NCBI GenBank assembly: GCA_964371675.1
Contig: CAYJNL010000005.1
Coordinates: 45,215 to 109,214, forward strand
Length of the DNA: 64,000 nucleotides
Source: an uncultured Bacteroides sp.
GTDB taxonomy: Bacteria; Bacillota; Clostridia; Oscillospirales; Ruminococcaceae
Reading direction: 5' to 3'
Below are positions 9,074-18,925 of this stretch, in pieces. Both the position numbers and the translations under genes were made by a program. Within the stretch, counting starts at the first letter, position 1. Every line of letters starts with the position of its first letter. Under the pieces are notes generated by a model. That model saw only the letters and a program-made list of their open reading frames with translations, was not told the DNA's origin and searched no databases.

Positions 9074-10171
9074 CTATAAAAGTTTACTTTCACAATACGC
9101 TTTTATCTCATTTCTAAACCGCTCTTCGCTAAATTTAAGGCTGTGCTCTCTTATTTGTCCTCGTGTAAATTTAACACCGTTTTTTTCAAAATCAGTTATA
9201 GCATCACATAGGCTGTCAACTGTTTGGTTATAAAAGAATTTGCCTGTTTCATCTTTTATAACTGTTTCAAGTGCACCACCCTTACCGTATGCAATAACTG
9301 GCACACCAGCACTTTGTGCTTCAACAGGTGTAATGCCAAAATCTTCTTCACCCGGGAAAAGAAAAGCTTTTGCATTAATATAGTAATTTAGCACCTCTTC
9401 GTCAGAAACTTTGCCGGTGAATTTCACACAGTCGCCAGCCAGTTTCTTTAGTTTTTTTTCCTCGTCTCCCCCACCTATTATAACAAGCTTTTTATTTAAC
9501 TTTGTGCATGCTTGTACCGCGAGGTCTATCCTCTTGTAATACGTAAACCTCGATACAACAAGATAATAATCTTCAGGAGTTTCTTTTATCTCATAATCAT
9601 TTATGTGTACACCGGGATAAATTACGTCTGCATCTCTGCGGTAATATTTTTTAATGCGCTTTGCAATAAAATTAGAGTTTGCTATAAAATAGTCTACCCT
9701 ATCTGCCGCAAGTCTGTCCCAAATTCTCATTTGGTGCATTAAATTACTCATGAAAAATTGCTTTATTTTCGATGAATTTTTTAGGTATGTGTAGTAAAAA
9801 TCCCACACATACCTTGTAGGTGTGTGGCAGTAACAAATGTGCACGGCATCAGGTCTGGTTATAACACCTTTACTGCAACTGGAACTAGACGAAAGCACAA
9901 GGTCAAACTCTGTTAAATCTAGGCTTTCCCATGCTTTTGGCATCATTGTTAGCATGTTTTTATACAGTTTTGTCGCAAATGGTATTTTTTGCAAATACGT
10001 TGTACGTATGTCGTAATTTTCAAATCTTTTGGGCAGAGAGCTAGGCTCATAAACAAGTGTGTAAACGGGTGCGTTTGGGAAAATTTTCAAAAAATCTTCT
10101 ATTACCCTTTCTCCACCGCCGTAGCCAACAAGCCAGTCATGTACTATTGCTACTTTAATATCTTCTTGCAT
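9074..10171 (-). CDS. Glycosyltransferase family 4 (GT-B fold)
   Basis: N-terminal KVAIVHDWLVGYGGGERV and C-terminal FPGEEDFGITPVEAQSAGVPVIA motifs typical of GT4. Confidence 0.85.
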   Translation of the reverse strand: MQEDIKVAIVHDWLVGYGGGERVIEDFLKIFPNAPVYTLVYEPSSLPKRFENYDIRTTYLQKIPFATKLYKNMLTMMPKAWESLDLTEFDLVLSSSSSCSKGVITRPDAVHICYCHTPTRYVWDFYYTYLKNSSKIKQFFMSNLMHQMRIWDRLAADRVDYFIANSNFIAKRIKKYYRRDADVIYPGVHINDYEIKETPEDYYLVVSRFTYYKRIDLAVQACTKLNKKLVIIGGGDEEKKLKKLAGDCVKFTGKVSDEEVLNYYINAKAFLFPGEEDFGITPVEAQSAGVPVIAYGKGGALETVIKDETGKFFYNQTVDSLCDAITDFEKNGVKFTRGQIREHSLKFSEERFRNEIKAYCESKLL

Positions 10172-10288
10172 GTATAATTCTCCATTTCATCTATAAATTG
10201 CTATGTTATACATTTGTTATTCAATAGCAATTTTAGGAAGTATTTGTTCAAGTTAAACAGCTATTTTATACGCATAATCATTAAAAAT

Positions 10289-11155
10289 TTAAATTTCTGA
10301 TATAATATTATTTAAATCACCGCTAATGCACACAGCTTTGTTTTGTATTTCTTTTGGCGCATATGCGCTGTACAAGTTAGCACAAACATAAACAGCGTTT
10401 TCATATCCAAAAGCAAAGCGCCAAAAAGAGTGCTTAATTATAGCAGCTGTGTTTTCCCCCACACCAAGCTCTAAAAATAGCGTTTTTTTATCTTTATTTT
10501 CTTTAATAAAGTTCTCATAGTTTTTGCAAGCTTTGTGCCAACCTTCGTCCTCAACAAATGTGCTGTCGGCTCTTAAATTCATGCTCATGGGCTTACCACA
10601 TTTTGGGCAATATGGTATAAGTTCGTGTGGTATGTTCATGTTTTGCTGACTGCGTACCATTTTAAAAACTTCTGTCTCGTTATCATAAGTTTTTTCGTGG
10701 CATGGTACACTACACTGCCACAAGCCATAATCGCCCTGTGTATAAAAAAGCCTAGTTTTGTCAAAGCCATGTTTTTGGAAACAATGGTCAACATTAGTTG
10801 TTATTACAAAGTAATCTTTATTTTTAACGATATTTAGTAAATTATTATACACATCATTCACATTAGCGGCATATCTGTTGTGGTATATATGCCTGCTCCA
10901 ATAAGCCCAACGTTCTTCAAGAGTTTTAAATGGATAAAAGCCAGCGGAGTACATATCGGTGAACCCGTATTTTGCTATAAAATCCGCAAAATTTGTGTTA
11001 AAACGCTCCCCGGAGTACATTAACCCTGCAGAAGACGACAGCCCCGAACCTGCACCTATTACTACCGAATCACACTCACTAATTAAGTTTTTCAGCTTAT
11101 CTATTTCACTAAAATTATCTTTCGTGCAAATTGAAACAAATTTATTATTGCTCAT
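10289..11155 (-). CDS. Sir2-family NAD-dependent protein deacylase / ADP-ribosyltransferase-like protein
   Basis: GAGSGLSSSAG NAD-binding loop, TTNVDH motif, and CSVPC...CPKC zinc-ribbon cysteines. It starts 18 nt after the recN stop. Confidence 0.75.
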   Translation of the reverse strand: MSNNKFVSICTKDNFSEIDKLKNLISECDSVVIGAGSGLSSSAGLMYSGERFNTNFADFIAKYGFTDMYSAGFYPFKTLEERWAYWSRHIYHNRYAANVNDVYNNLLNIVKNKDYFVITTNVDHCFQKHGFDKTRLFYTQGDYGLWQCSVPCHEKTYDNETEVFKMVRSQQNMNIPHELIPYCPKCGKPMSMNLRADSTFVEDEGWHKACKNYENFIKENKDKKTLFLELGVGENTAAIIKHSFWRFAFGYENAVYVCANLYSAYAPKEIQNKAVCISGDLNNIISEI

Positions 11156-11173
11156 ATTTTATCCTTTAATATT

Positions 11174-12835
11174 TTAGTTATGTAACTCCAGCATTTCCCT
11201 TGCGTTGGCAAGCGCTAAATCTGTAATTTGGTCTCCTGAGACCATTCTCGCAATTTCCTTTACACGTTTTTCTCCTGTAAGTGCATGAATTTCAGTAAAA
11301 GTGCGCTCCCCTGTTATATTTTTTTGTATGAGCATATGTTTGTTTGCAAAAGCTGCAATTTGTGCCGTGTGTGTTATACAAATAACCTGCCTACCTTTTG
11401 AGGTTTGTTTCAGCTTCTCGCCAATTCGCGCAGCTGCAAGCCCCGAAACTCCTGTGTCAATTTCGTCGTAAATAACAGTGTCAATTGCGTCTTTATCAGC
11501 AAGTGTACTTTTTAGAGCAAGCATTATGCGAGAAAGTTCACCACCTGATGCTATTTTAGCAAGTGGTTTTGCCTCCTCCCCCATATTTGTGGATATGTAA
11601 AACTCCAATGTATCTTGCCCAACGCCTGCAAGTGGGCCTATTTTGTGTTTCATCTCAAATTTTATGCCAGGCATATTTAAAAAACTTAGCTCTTTTGTTA
11701 GCTGAGTGTTAAACCTCTCAAAAGCTGCAAGCCTTGTTTGTGTTAATTTATTTGCAAGGTCTTTTGCCTTTTCGTATAGTTCTGTTTGTCTTTCATATAA
11801 CTCGTCCAGTCTTTCACCGCCAAGCTCAATTGCTTTTAATTCTGAACTTGCGCTTTTTGCGTATTCCAAAATACCTAAAACATCTGTTTTATATTTTTGT
11901 CGTAGTTGATATATTAAATCAAGCCTATCTTGAACCTCTTCAAGCTCTGTCGTGTTAAATTCAAAACTGTCTTGTAAACTACCTATCTCACTTGCAACCT
12001 CGCGCACTTGATAAAATAAGTCGCTTAACCTTTCGCTTAATGGTGCGATATCTCTTGAAATATTAGCTATACTTTCAAGTGAGTTTACCGCACTACCTAG
12101 CATTTCGGTAGCGCCTACCGTGTCATCATCACCGCTTAAAATGTTGTAGGATTTATTTATTTGTTCCATAATATTTTGTGCATTAAGCATAATATTTTTT
12201 TGCACATTAAGCTCTTCTTCTTCATTTTCTTTTAAGTTTGTACTCTCAATTTCATCTACTTGAAAGCGCAATAACTCTATTCTGTCAAGCTTTTCGTCCT
12301 CGTCCATTGTCAGTGTGTCTATTTCTCGTTTCACCTTGCAAAGTTCACGGTACACTGTATAATAATCAGCATGTTGCGGTGTGTTTTGAGCAAAAAGATC
12401 AAGAATAAATATATGTTTTGCCGGGTTTAACAAATTTTGGTTATCGTGTTGTCCGTGAATATTAATCAAATTAGCGCAAATATCACGCACAACAGCCGCA
12501 GTTGATGGCATACCGTTTATACGGCAATTGCTCTTGCCTTCCGCAGTTATCTCACGGTAAAGCAAAAGCTCGTCTTCAAGTGCGTATCCTGCATTTTGCA
12601 AGTCTTCCATGCACTGTTTTGGTATATTTATAAACTTTGCCCAAATTCGTGCGCTGTGTGTGTTACTTCTAACAATGTCACGCGAGGTTCTACTGCCTAA
12701 AATTGCATTAATTGAGTCAATTAAAATAGATTTACCTGCGCCTGTCTCGCCTGTTAAAACATTGAGACCTTCGCCAAAAGTAACGGTTGCCTTTTCAATA
12801 ACAGCTACGTTTTCAATTGTAATTTCGCATAGCAT
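11174..12835 (-). CDS. recN: DNA repair protein RecN
   Basis: SMC-like N-terminal Walker A GETGAGKS, long coiled-coil middle, C-terminal ABC signature/Walker B region; 553 aa. Canonical position after argR. Confidence 0.95.
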   Translation of the reverse strand: MLCEITIENVAVIEKATVTFGEGLNVLTGETGAGKSILIDSINAILGSRTSRDIVRSNTHSARIWAKFINIPKQCMEDLQNAGYALEDELLLYREITAEGKSNCRINGMPSTAAVVRDICANLINIHGQHDNQNLLNPAKHIFILDLFAQNTPQHADYYTVYRELCKVKREIDTLTMDEDEKLDRIELLRFQVDEIESTNLKENEEEELNVQKNIMLNAQNIMEQINKSYNILSGDDDTVGATEMLGSAVNSLESIANISRDIAPLSERLSDLFYQVREVASEIGSLQDSFEFNTTELEEVQDRLDLIYQLRQKYKTDVLGILEYAKSASSELKAIELGGERLDELYERQTELYEKAKDLANKLTQTRLAAFERFNTQLTKELSFLNMPGIKFEMKHKIGPLAGVGQDTLEFYISTNMGEEAKPLAKIASGGELSRIMLALKSTLADKDAIDTVIYDEIDTGVSGLAAARIGEKLKQTSKGRQVICITHTAQIAAFANKHMLIQKNITGERTFTEIHALTGEKRVKEIARMVSGDQITDLALANAREMLELHN

Positions 12836-12850
12836 ATAATTAAACGCTCC

Positions 12851-13309
12851 CTAACGTGCTATATATTTTGAGATTTGGTTTGTTATTTTTTCAGCTGCTT
12901 TTTCAGTTCGCATTAAAACAAAAAACGTATCATCGCCCGAAAGTGTTCCAACTACATCGCTCCACACCATTGAGTCAAACACCTCACATGCGGCATTTGC
13001 CATGCCTGTAAAACATTTTACAAGCACAGTGTGCCCTGCATAATCCACATTTAGCACAGATTCTTTAAATATAGTCTCAAACCTACTGCTAACATTATTT
13101 GAGGTTTTGTTCACACTTTGAGAGGCAACATACCTGTATTCACCACCAACAGACGTTTTAACAAGGTTGAGCTCACGAATGTCTCTTGAAACCGTCGCCT
13201 GTGTTACATCGAAACCCTCTTGCCTTAAAAAATTGAGCAAATCCTCTTGTCTTTCAATGCTGTGTTCTTTAATTAGGCTTAAAATTCTGCTATGTCTTGT
13301 GTTTTTCAA
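12851..13309 (-). CDS. argR: Arginine repressor
   Basis: 152 aa with N-terminal winged helix (QATVSRDIRELNLVK) and a C-terminal oligomerisation domain with GTLSGDDT. Confidence 0.9.
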   Translation of the reverse strand: MKNTRHSRILSLIKEHSIERQEDLLNFLRQEGFDVTQATVSRDIRELNLVKTSVGGEYRYVASQSVNKTSNNVSSRFETIFKESVLNVDYAGHTVLVKCFTGMANAACEVFDSMVWSDVVGTLSGDDTFFVLMRTEKAAEKITNQISKYIAR

Positions 13310-13317
13310 AATAAAGC

Positions 13318-14163
13318 TTACCTGCCTTTCAACTTTTTATCAATCGCATCAAATTGCTCTGCCTCACTTAAACTTACAAGGGTCATGTATTCATCGGATA
13401 TAGATACATAAACCTCATCTAACTCATTGAGAGTAAGCTCTTCTTGCCCGTCACAGCTGTATACTATTTGAGACTGCATGTCAGAAGTAGCGGTAACGCG
13501 TATATTTCTGTTTGCGGAAAATACCATTGGTGGGCTGTTCATGCTGTGCGCACAAAGTGGTGTTACAACAATACCATCAATTTGCGCATCAAGCACAGGC
13601 CCCCCGGCAGACAGCGAATAGGCTGTTGAGCCTGTCGGTGTGGCTATAATTACGCCATCGCCCCTATACTCACTTACAAGCGTATCATCACAATATATTT
13701 TAACATCAATTGTTTGAGATATCAAATGTTTTCCTATAACTACCTCATTAAATGCCGTTTGTGCATTTTTCTTGCCCTTTGTGGTTGATATATTTAAAAT
13801 ACTGCGTTTTTCAACTGTATAATTACCGCTGACAATTTTTTCAAGCAAATTTAGCTCATTTTGTTCAATTGTTGCCAAAAAGCCAAGGTGTCCAACGTTG
13901 ATGCCAAGAACTGGTTTTTTATAAGGTAAACTTTTTCTGGCAGCTCGCAGAATTGTGCCATCTCCACCAATTGTTATAATAATATCACATATTTCACAGG
14001 CAGTGTAATTTTTTGCAAGTTTTACATTTTTATTAGTGCTTTTAGTGTGAAATTCTTCATCTGTAATTACTTTCGCACCACTTTCAATAAGAATTTCTGC
14101 TGCTTTTTGGGCAATTTTTACTGCCTCTGCTTTTTTTGTGTTTACTACAAGATATACTGTCAT
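13318..14163 (-). CDS. nadK: NAD kinase
   Basis: GGDGT motif (IGGDGTILRAAR) and C-terminal ATPTGSTAYSLSAGGP. Confidence 0.92.
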   Translation of the reverse strand: MTVYLVVNTKKAEAVKIAQKAAEILIESGAKVITDEEFHTKSTNKNVKLAKNYTACEICDIIITIGGDGTILRAARKSLPYKKPVLGINVGHLGFLATIEQNELNLLEKIVSGNYTVEKRSILNISTTKGKKNAQTAFNEVVIGKHLISQTIDVKIYCDDTLVSEYRGDGVIIATPTGSTAYSLSAGGPVLDAQIDGIVVTPLCAHSMNSPPMVFSANRNIRVTATSDMQSQIVYSCDGQEELTLNELDEVYVSISDEYMTLVSLSEAEQFDAIDKKLKGR

Positions 14164-14172
14164 GAATGCACC

Positions 14173-14979
14173 TTACTTTTGAAATGAATTGTGTGCGCTT
14201 GTTACAATTTCGTGTATTTTTTCCTCACCAATTGCTGATATTTCGCAAGATTTTTCAACATATATGAGAAATTCAATATTCCCCTCAGGGCCTCTAATTG
14301 GTGAAAAGTTTATATCTAGCACATTAAACCCGTTATTGTTTGCAAAATCACAAGAGTTTATTATTACTTCTTTATGTGTTTCACTATCACGTACAACACC
14401 TTTTTTTCCTACTTTTTCTTTCCCTGCTTCAAATTGTGGTTTAACAAGGCAAACACCTGTTGCGCCTTCATTTGTAAGAAGCTGTGCCACAGGAAAAATG
14501 TGTTTTAAAGATATAAATGACACATCAACACTGAAAAAATCAAGCTGTTCACCCTCAATATTTTGTGGTGTAACATTTCTTATATTTGTGCGTTCCATAT
14601 TTATAACGCGCTCGTCGCATCTCAATTTCCATGCAAGTTGACCATAGCCAACATCTACCGCATACACTTTTTTTGCTCCGTTTTGTAGCATACAATCAGT
14701 AAAGCCACCTGTTGATGCACCTATATCCATACAAATTTTGTTATTTAAATTTAGTGCAAACTGTTTTATTGCTTTTTCAAGTTTTAAACCGCCACGGCTT
14801 ACATATGCCATATCTTGCCCGCGAACTTCAACTGTTGCATCTTCTTTTATAGATGTTCCCGGCTTATCAATTTTCTCGTTGTTTACATATACTATGCCCG
14901 ACATTATAAGTGCCTGTGCTCGCTGCCTGCTTTGCACAAGGTTATTTTGTACAAGATAATTATCAAGTCGAATTTTCAA
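14173..14979 (-). CDS. tlyA: TlyA family rRNA 2'-O-methyltransferase
   Basis: N-terminal S4 domain (RLDNYLV...SRQRAQ) plus an FtsJ-like SAM motif DIGASTGGFTD. Confidence 0.9.
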   Translation of the reverse strand: MKIRLDNYLVQNNLVQSRQRAQALIMSGIVYVNNEKIDKPGTSIKEDATVEVRGQDMAYVSRGGLKLEKAIKQFALNLNNKICMDIGASTGGFTDCMLQNGAKKVYAVDVGYGQLAWKLRCDERVINMERTNIRNVTPQNIEGEQLDFFSVDVSFISLKHIFPVAQLLTNEGATGVCLVKPQFEAGKEKVGKKGVVRDSETHKEVIINSCDFANNNGFNVLDINFSPIRGPEGNIEFLIYVEKSCEISAIGEEKIHEIVTSAHNSFQK

Positions 14980-15014
14980 GATTTATCCCTTTCCGCTTTT
15001 GCCTTTTTTTGAAA

Positions 15015-15183
15015 TTGGGAGACATGTGGTCGTCCGATTGCTAATGATATTCACCAATTTACTTATGGTGCAACAATATCAGATTAAATTTATAAAAAAT
15101 TGGGCATTATGTAAAATTTTCAAAACGATATAAACGGACTTCCGCAAGTAGCCCCTGCCATATCTCACATTGTTTGCATAGAC
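15015..15183 (+). repeat. Family C repeat (REP/MITE-like), copy C1, in the dxs-tlyA spacer
   Basis: Aligns along its length with 58918-59086. Examples: GTGGTCGTCCGATTGCTAATGATA vs GTGGTCGTCCAATTACTAACGATA; GATATAAACGGAC...GTAGCCCCTG vs GAGATAAACGGAC...GGTCGCCCCTAC; CATTGTTTGCATAGA vs CATTGTTAGCATAGGA. Confidence 0.75.
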
Positions 15184-15236
15184 GCCGATACCTATTGTTT
15201 CTAATTCCATCAAAAATCAATACGCCCTACCACAAT

Positions 15237-17075
15237 TTATGAAAACAAATTTTCCAAACTCTCTGCATCTAGGCCGAAAAGTGCACGCAATTCGTTTACA
15301 TTTGCGTGGGTTACTGCGCCGTCAACAGCTAAGTGCACATACTCACCTTTGTACCCTTTTTGTTGTAGTGCAAGGCTCACGTGCTCGCCTATTCCACCGT
15401 TTTTAATGCCCTCTTCTGCAAAAATAATTTTATCATATTTTGCAATATCTTCAATAAAACCACTCGGCAGTGGGTGCACCATTAACATTTTAATAACATC
15501 AACATTTTTACTTTCTTCAGCGGCATTTAAAACTTGCTCTGCCTGTGCGCCATATGTTACACATGCTGTTTTATTATTTTCTTGTGTTTTGCTGAATACA
15601 AAACTATCGTAATATTTGCCTGTGCATCCAAGTGTTGACAGCTTTTGGCTCTCACTTCCTCTTGGGTAGCGTATAGCGCGCGGAGTATCCTCTTTAGACA
15701 AACTTTCTAGCCAAAACCGAAGTTCCTCATAGTTGCACACAGAGTAAACGCTAATATTGCTTAGCTGGCTCAAAAATGCACAGTCGTATATACCCTGATG
15801 TGTTGCACCATCTCCCGGTACAAAACCGGCTCTATCAATAGCAAGTAACACATTAGCGTTTTGCAAACAGACATCGTGTATAACTTGGTCATACGAGCGC
15901 TGTAAGAAAGTTGAATAAATACACACCGTTGGTTTCATACCACATGTTGAAAGCCCTGCGCCAAAAGTAACTGCGTGCTGTTCAGCCATTCCAACATCAA
16001 AAAATCTATTTTTATGCTGTCTGTAAAAATATTGAAGCCCTGTTCCGTACTTCATTGCTGCTGTTATGGCGCAAATTTTGTCGTCTTTTTCTGCAAGCTC
16101 TACAAGTTTTTTACCAAAAACTGTTGAAAATGAATCATCCTGTGTTAAATCAGGGTCGGTCAAAGCGTTGACATCAAAAGCCGAAACCCCGTGAAATTCA
16201 CCAGGATTTTCCTCAGCAGGTGCAAAGCCTTTGCCTTTTTTTGTTACTATGTGCAAAAAAAGCGGTGCACTCTGGTCATTTTTATAAGCATTCAAAAGTG
16301 TGCATAGGTCGGTCAAATTGTGCCCGTCCACAGGGCCGGCATAATGAAAGCCCATATCCTCAAACATGGTTGAGTGGTAAAGCCTACGGCGAAAATTAGT
16401 TTTAACTCTTTGTAAAAACACCCGTATAGGTCTACCTACAAGAGGTATGTTATCCAGCACTGTTTGTGTAACCCTTTTTAATTTAAAGTACTTAGGGCTT
16501 GTTCTCAAATGTGTTAAATATTGTGCTACAGAGCCCACGTTTTTTGAAATTGACATCTTATTATCGTTTAAAATAACAATTAAGTTGCTAAGGTTACGCA
16601 CGTTGTTCATACCCTCGTAAACCATGCCACCTGTAAAGGCGCCATCGCCAACAATGGCAATAACTTTTTTGTTGTCGCCACACATTTTTTTCGCACTTGC
16701 CATGCCTATTGCCGCGGAAATAGCCGTGTTGCCATGCCCTGAAATAAAAGCGTCGTGTTCACTCTCTTTTGGAGACGGAAAACCCGACAGCCCATTTAAT
16801 TTGCGTAGGCTATCAAATTTATCTTTCCTACCTGTTAAAATTTTATGTGTATAACATTGATGTCCAACATCCCAAACAATTTTATCTTGCGGTGTATCAA
16901 AAATTTTATGTAGTGCAACAGTAAGTTCAATTGTGCCAAGGTTTGACGAGAGATGCCCACCTGTTTTTGACACACTTTCAATTAAAAAAGCTCTTATTTC
17001 ATTACATAAAACATCTAGCTGATTATTATCAAGTGTTTTAATATCTTTGGGGCTGTTAATATTCTCTAAAAACAT
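15237..17075 (-). CDS. dxs: 1-deoxy-D-xylulose-5-phosphate synthase
   Basis: 612 aa with a TPP-binding GDG motif (IVGDGAFTGGMVYEGMNN) and transketolase-like pyrimidine and C-terminal domains. Confidence 0.97.
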   Translation of the reverse strand: MFLENINSPKDIKTLDNNQLDVLCNEIRAFLIESVSKTGGHLSSNLGTIELTVALHKIFDTPQDKIVWDVGHQCYTHKILTGRKDKFDSLRKLNGLSGFPSPKESEHDAFISGHGNTAISAAIGMASAKKMCGDNKKVIAIVGDGAFTGGMVYEGMNNVRNLSNLIVILNDNKMSISKNVGSVAQYLTHLRTSPKYFKLKRVTQTVLDNIPLVGRPIRVFLQRVKTNFRRRLYHSTMFEDMGFHYAGPVDGHNLTDLCTLLNAYKNDQSAPLFLHIVTKKGKGFAPAEENPGEFHGVSAFDVNALTDPDLTQDDSFSTVFGKKLVELAEKDDKICAITAAMKYGTGLQYFYRQHKNRFFDVGMAEQHAVTFGAGLSTCGMKPTVCIYSTFLQRSYDQVIHDVCLQNANVLLAIDRAGFVPGDGATHQGIYDCAFLSQLSNISVYSVCNYEELRFWLESLSKEDTPRAIRYPRGSESQKLSTLGCTGKYYDSFVFSKTQENNKTACVTYGAQAEQVLNAAEESKNVDVIKMLMVHPLPSGFIEDIAKYDKIIFAEEGIKNGGIGEHVSLALQQKGYKGEYVHLAVDGAVTHANVNELRALFGLDAESLENLFS

Positions 17076-17083
17076 AACGGTTA

Positions 17084-17551
17084 TTAGGCTACCGCAACAG
17101 GTATTAGTATTGCTATTAATATTCCTAGCAATGCACCCGAAAGCACCTCAAGCGGTGTGTGCCCTACTTTCTCCTTTAGTTTCTTTGCGTTGTTTGCAAA
17201 CTCGTTTTCCTCGTCATCAAGCCAGTCGTCCAAAATTTTGTTTAGTAATTTTGCCTGCTTGCCCGTCTCGTTGCGCACACCCATGGCATCATACATTACA
17301 ACAGTTGCAAGTATAAACGCAATTGCAAATAGCGGCGAAGTTACACCCTCGCTTTTAGCAGTTGCCATAAATGTGGCGCAAACACATGCCGAGTGTGCGC
17401 TTGGCATACCGCCTGCACCGTACATGCGTTCAAGGTCAAGTTTACCCATTAATATATAGTTTATAGCAGTTTTTGCAACTTGCGCCGTAAACCATGACAG
17501 TATTGCCACCGTTAAAATATAATTACCGAAAACAAAGCTTTGCCACTGCAT
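17084..17551 (-). CDS. Divergent PAP2 / DUF212 family membrane protein
   Basis: 155 aa, hydrophobic, with GGMPSAHSA and MYDAMGVR motifs typical of the acid phosphatase/vanadium peroxidase-related family. Confidence 0.8.
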   Translation of the reverse strand: MQWQSFVFGNYILTVAILSWFTAQVAKTAINYILMGKLDLERMYGAGGMPSAHSACVCATFMATAKSEGVTSPLFAIAFILATVVMYDAMGVRNETGKQAKLLNKILDDWLDDEENEFANNAKKLKEKVGHTPLEVLSGALLGILIAILIPVAVA

Positions 17552-17823
17552 ATCATTCTCCGTTCTGTATGTAGTAAAACACCACAGATACCACTTTAAA
17601 AGCGAGTGGTGCGCCGATTTTAAAAACTATTACTGTTTTAGTGCGCTAAACACTGTTTAAACAAGTAAAAAAATCAGATTAAGTAATTTATCTCTACAAG
17701 AAAAAAGCAAACACTCTTTTTGGGAATGTGCATAAAGCGAAAAAAATACCAATCTATTAAAAAACATAAATATTGCCACTAATTTTGCAGTAGGTCATAT
17801 AAAATATTAATTGCAAATAGCTA

Positions 17824-18714
17824 TTAATTTCTACGGTTTAAAAGCTTTTGAGCAAATTCCACTAAGAACGTTGTTCTATTTCCAAATTTATCTATAAGCA
17901 TATCGCAAGTTTGTACTGTATACATCTCTGCAAGCTCTGTCGATTTCTCAAGCCCGAAAAGTTTAACGAATGTTGTCTTATCGCTTTTATCATCAGAACC
18001 AATTGGTTTACCAAGCTCTTTTTCATCTGCCGTTACGTCTAAAATATCATCTATAATTTGAAAGACAAGCCCCACATTAAATGCAAAGTTTGATATAACT
18101 TTCTTTTCTTCATCACTTGCATTATTCGCCGCAATAGTGCCCAAAATGCTTGCGGACTCAATTAGCTTACCTGTCTTGTTTTTGTGTATTTGTTTAAGCT
18201 CATGTTCATTCGCCTTGCTGTTTTCAAAGTGTAAATCAAGCTCTTGCCCTAAAATCATGCCCTTTGTGCCTGTCGCGGTGCTAAGGCTTTTACATGCCAT
18301 AACGTTTTGCTGTGGTGTACCGCTTGCACTGCAAAGCACCTCAAATGATGCCGTTAAAAGTGCATCACCTGCTAAAAGTGCAGTTGTTTCGCCATATTTT
18401 TTGTGGCAAGAAGGCTTGCCTCTTCTATAATCATCGTTATCCATACACGGCAAATCGTCGTGTATAAGAGAGTAACAATGTAGCATTTCAACAGCACTCG
18501 CATACTCTGCGGCAAGCTGTATGTTGCCGTTTAGCATATCGCACACTGCTATGCACAGCACTGCACGTGCACGCTTTCCACCTGAAAACAAGCTGTACCT
18601 TGCCGCCGCCGCAACTTGTGATGTTTCCACGCTGTTAAACACATCATCTGCCGCTTTTTCAAGCGCATTGTTTGCAACAGCAAGGTAAGTATTATACTGC
18701 TTTTCGTAGCTCAT
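17824..18714 (-). CDS. ispA: (2E,6E)-farnesyl diphosphate synthase / polyprenyl synthetase
   Basis: First Asp-rich motif IHDDLPCMDNDDYRRG and second motif IIDDILD. Confidence 0.9.
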   Translation of the reverse strand: MSYEKQYNTYLAVANNALEKAADDVFNSVETSQVAAAARYSLFSGGKRARAVLCIAVCDMLNGNIQLAAEYASAVEMLHCYSLIHDDLPCMDNDDYRRGKPSCHKKYGETTALLAGDALLTASFEVLCSASGTPQQNVMACKSLSTATGTKGMILGQELDLHFENSKANEHELKQIHKNKTGKLIESASILGTIAANNASDEEKKVISNFAFNVGLVFQIIDDILDVTADEKELGKPIGSDDKSDKTTFVKLFGLEKSTELAEMYTVQTCDMLIDKFGNRTTFLVEFAQKLLNRRN

Positions 18715-18923
18715 AAAAGATTTTCCTTTTCAAGCTTTGCATTAATCTCTTCAACTTTTATTTGTGCCTTTTCAAGAGATTTATTGCAAAATACAATTAA
18801 TTCTGCCGCTTTAGCGTATAACTTTAAGCTTTCGTCAAGTGTTATATCTTCCGACGACATCTTTTCAAAAATATCATCAAGTTGCTGTGCGGCAACTTCA
18901 TATGTCAATTTTTCTTTTTGCAA
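18711..18923 (-). CDS. xseB: Exodeoxyribonuclease VII small subunit
   Basis: 70-aa helical protein overlapping ispA by 4 nt, directly after xseA. Confidence 0.85.
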   Translation of the reverse strand: MQKEKLTYEVAAQQLDDIFEKMSSEDITLDESLKLYAKAAELIVFCNKSLEKAQIKVEEINAKLEKENLL

Positions 18924-18925
18924 AA

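Noticed and set aside
17552-17823. Possible extra family A copy or riboswitch in the ispA-PAP2 spacer
   Set aside because: TTCTGTATGTAGTAAAAC at 17562-17579 shares only TTCTGTATG with the family A core and lacks the GGCGGTGCTACGCACATG box. The similarity is too weak to call.
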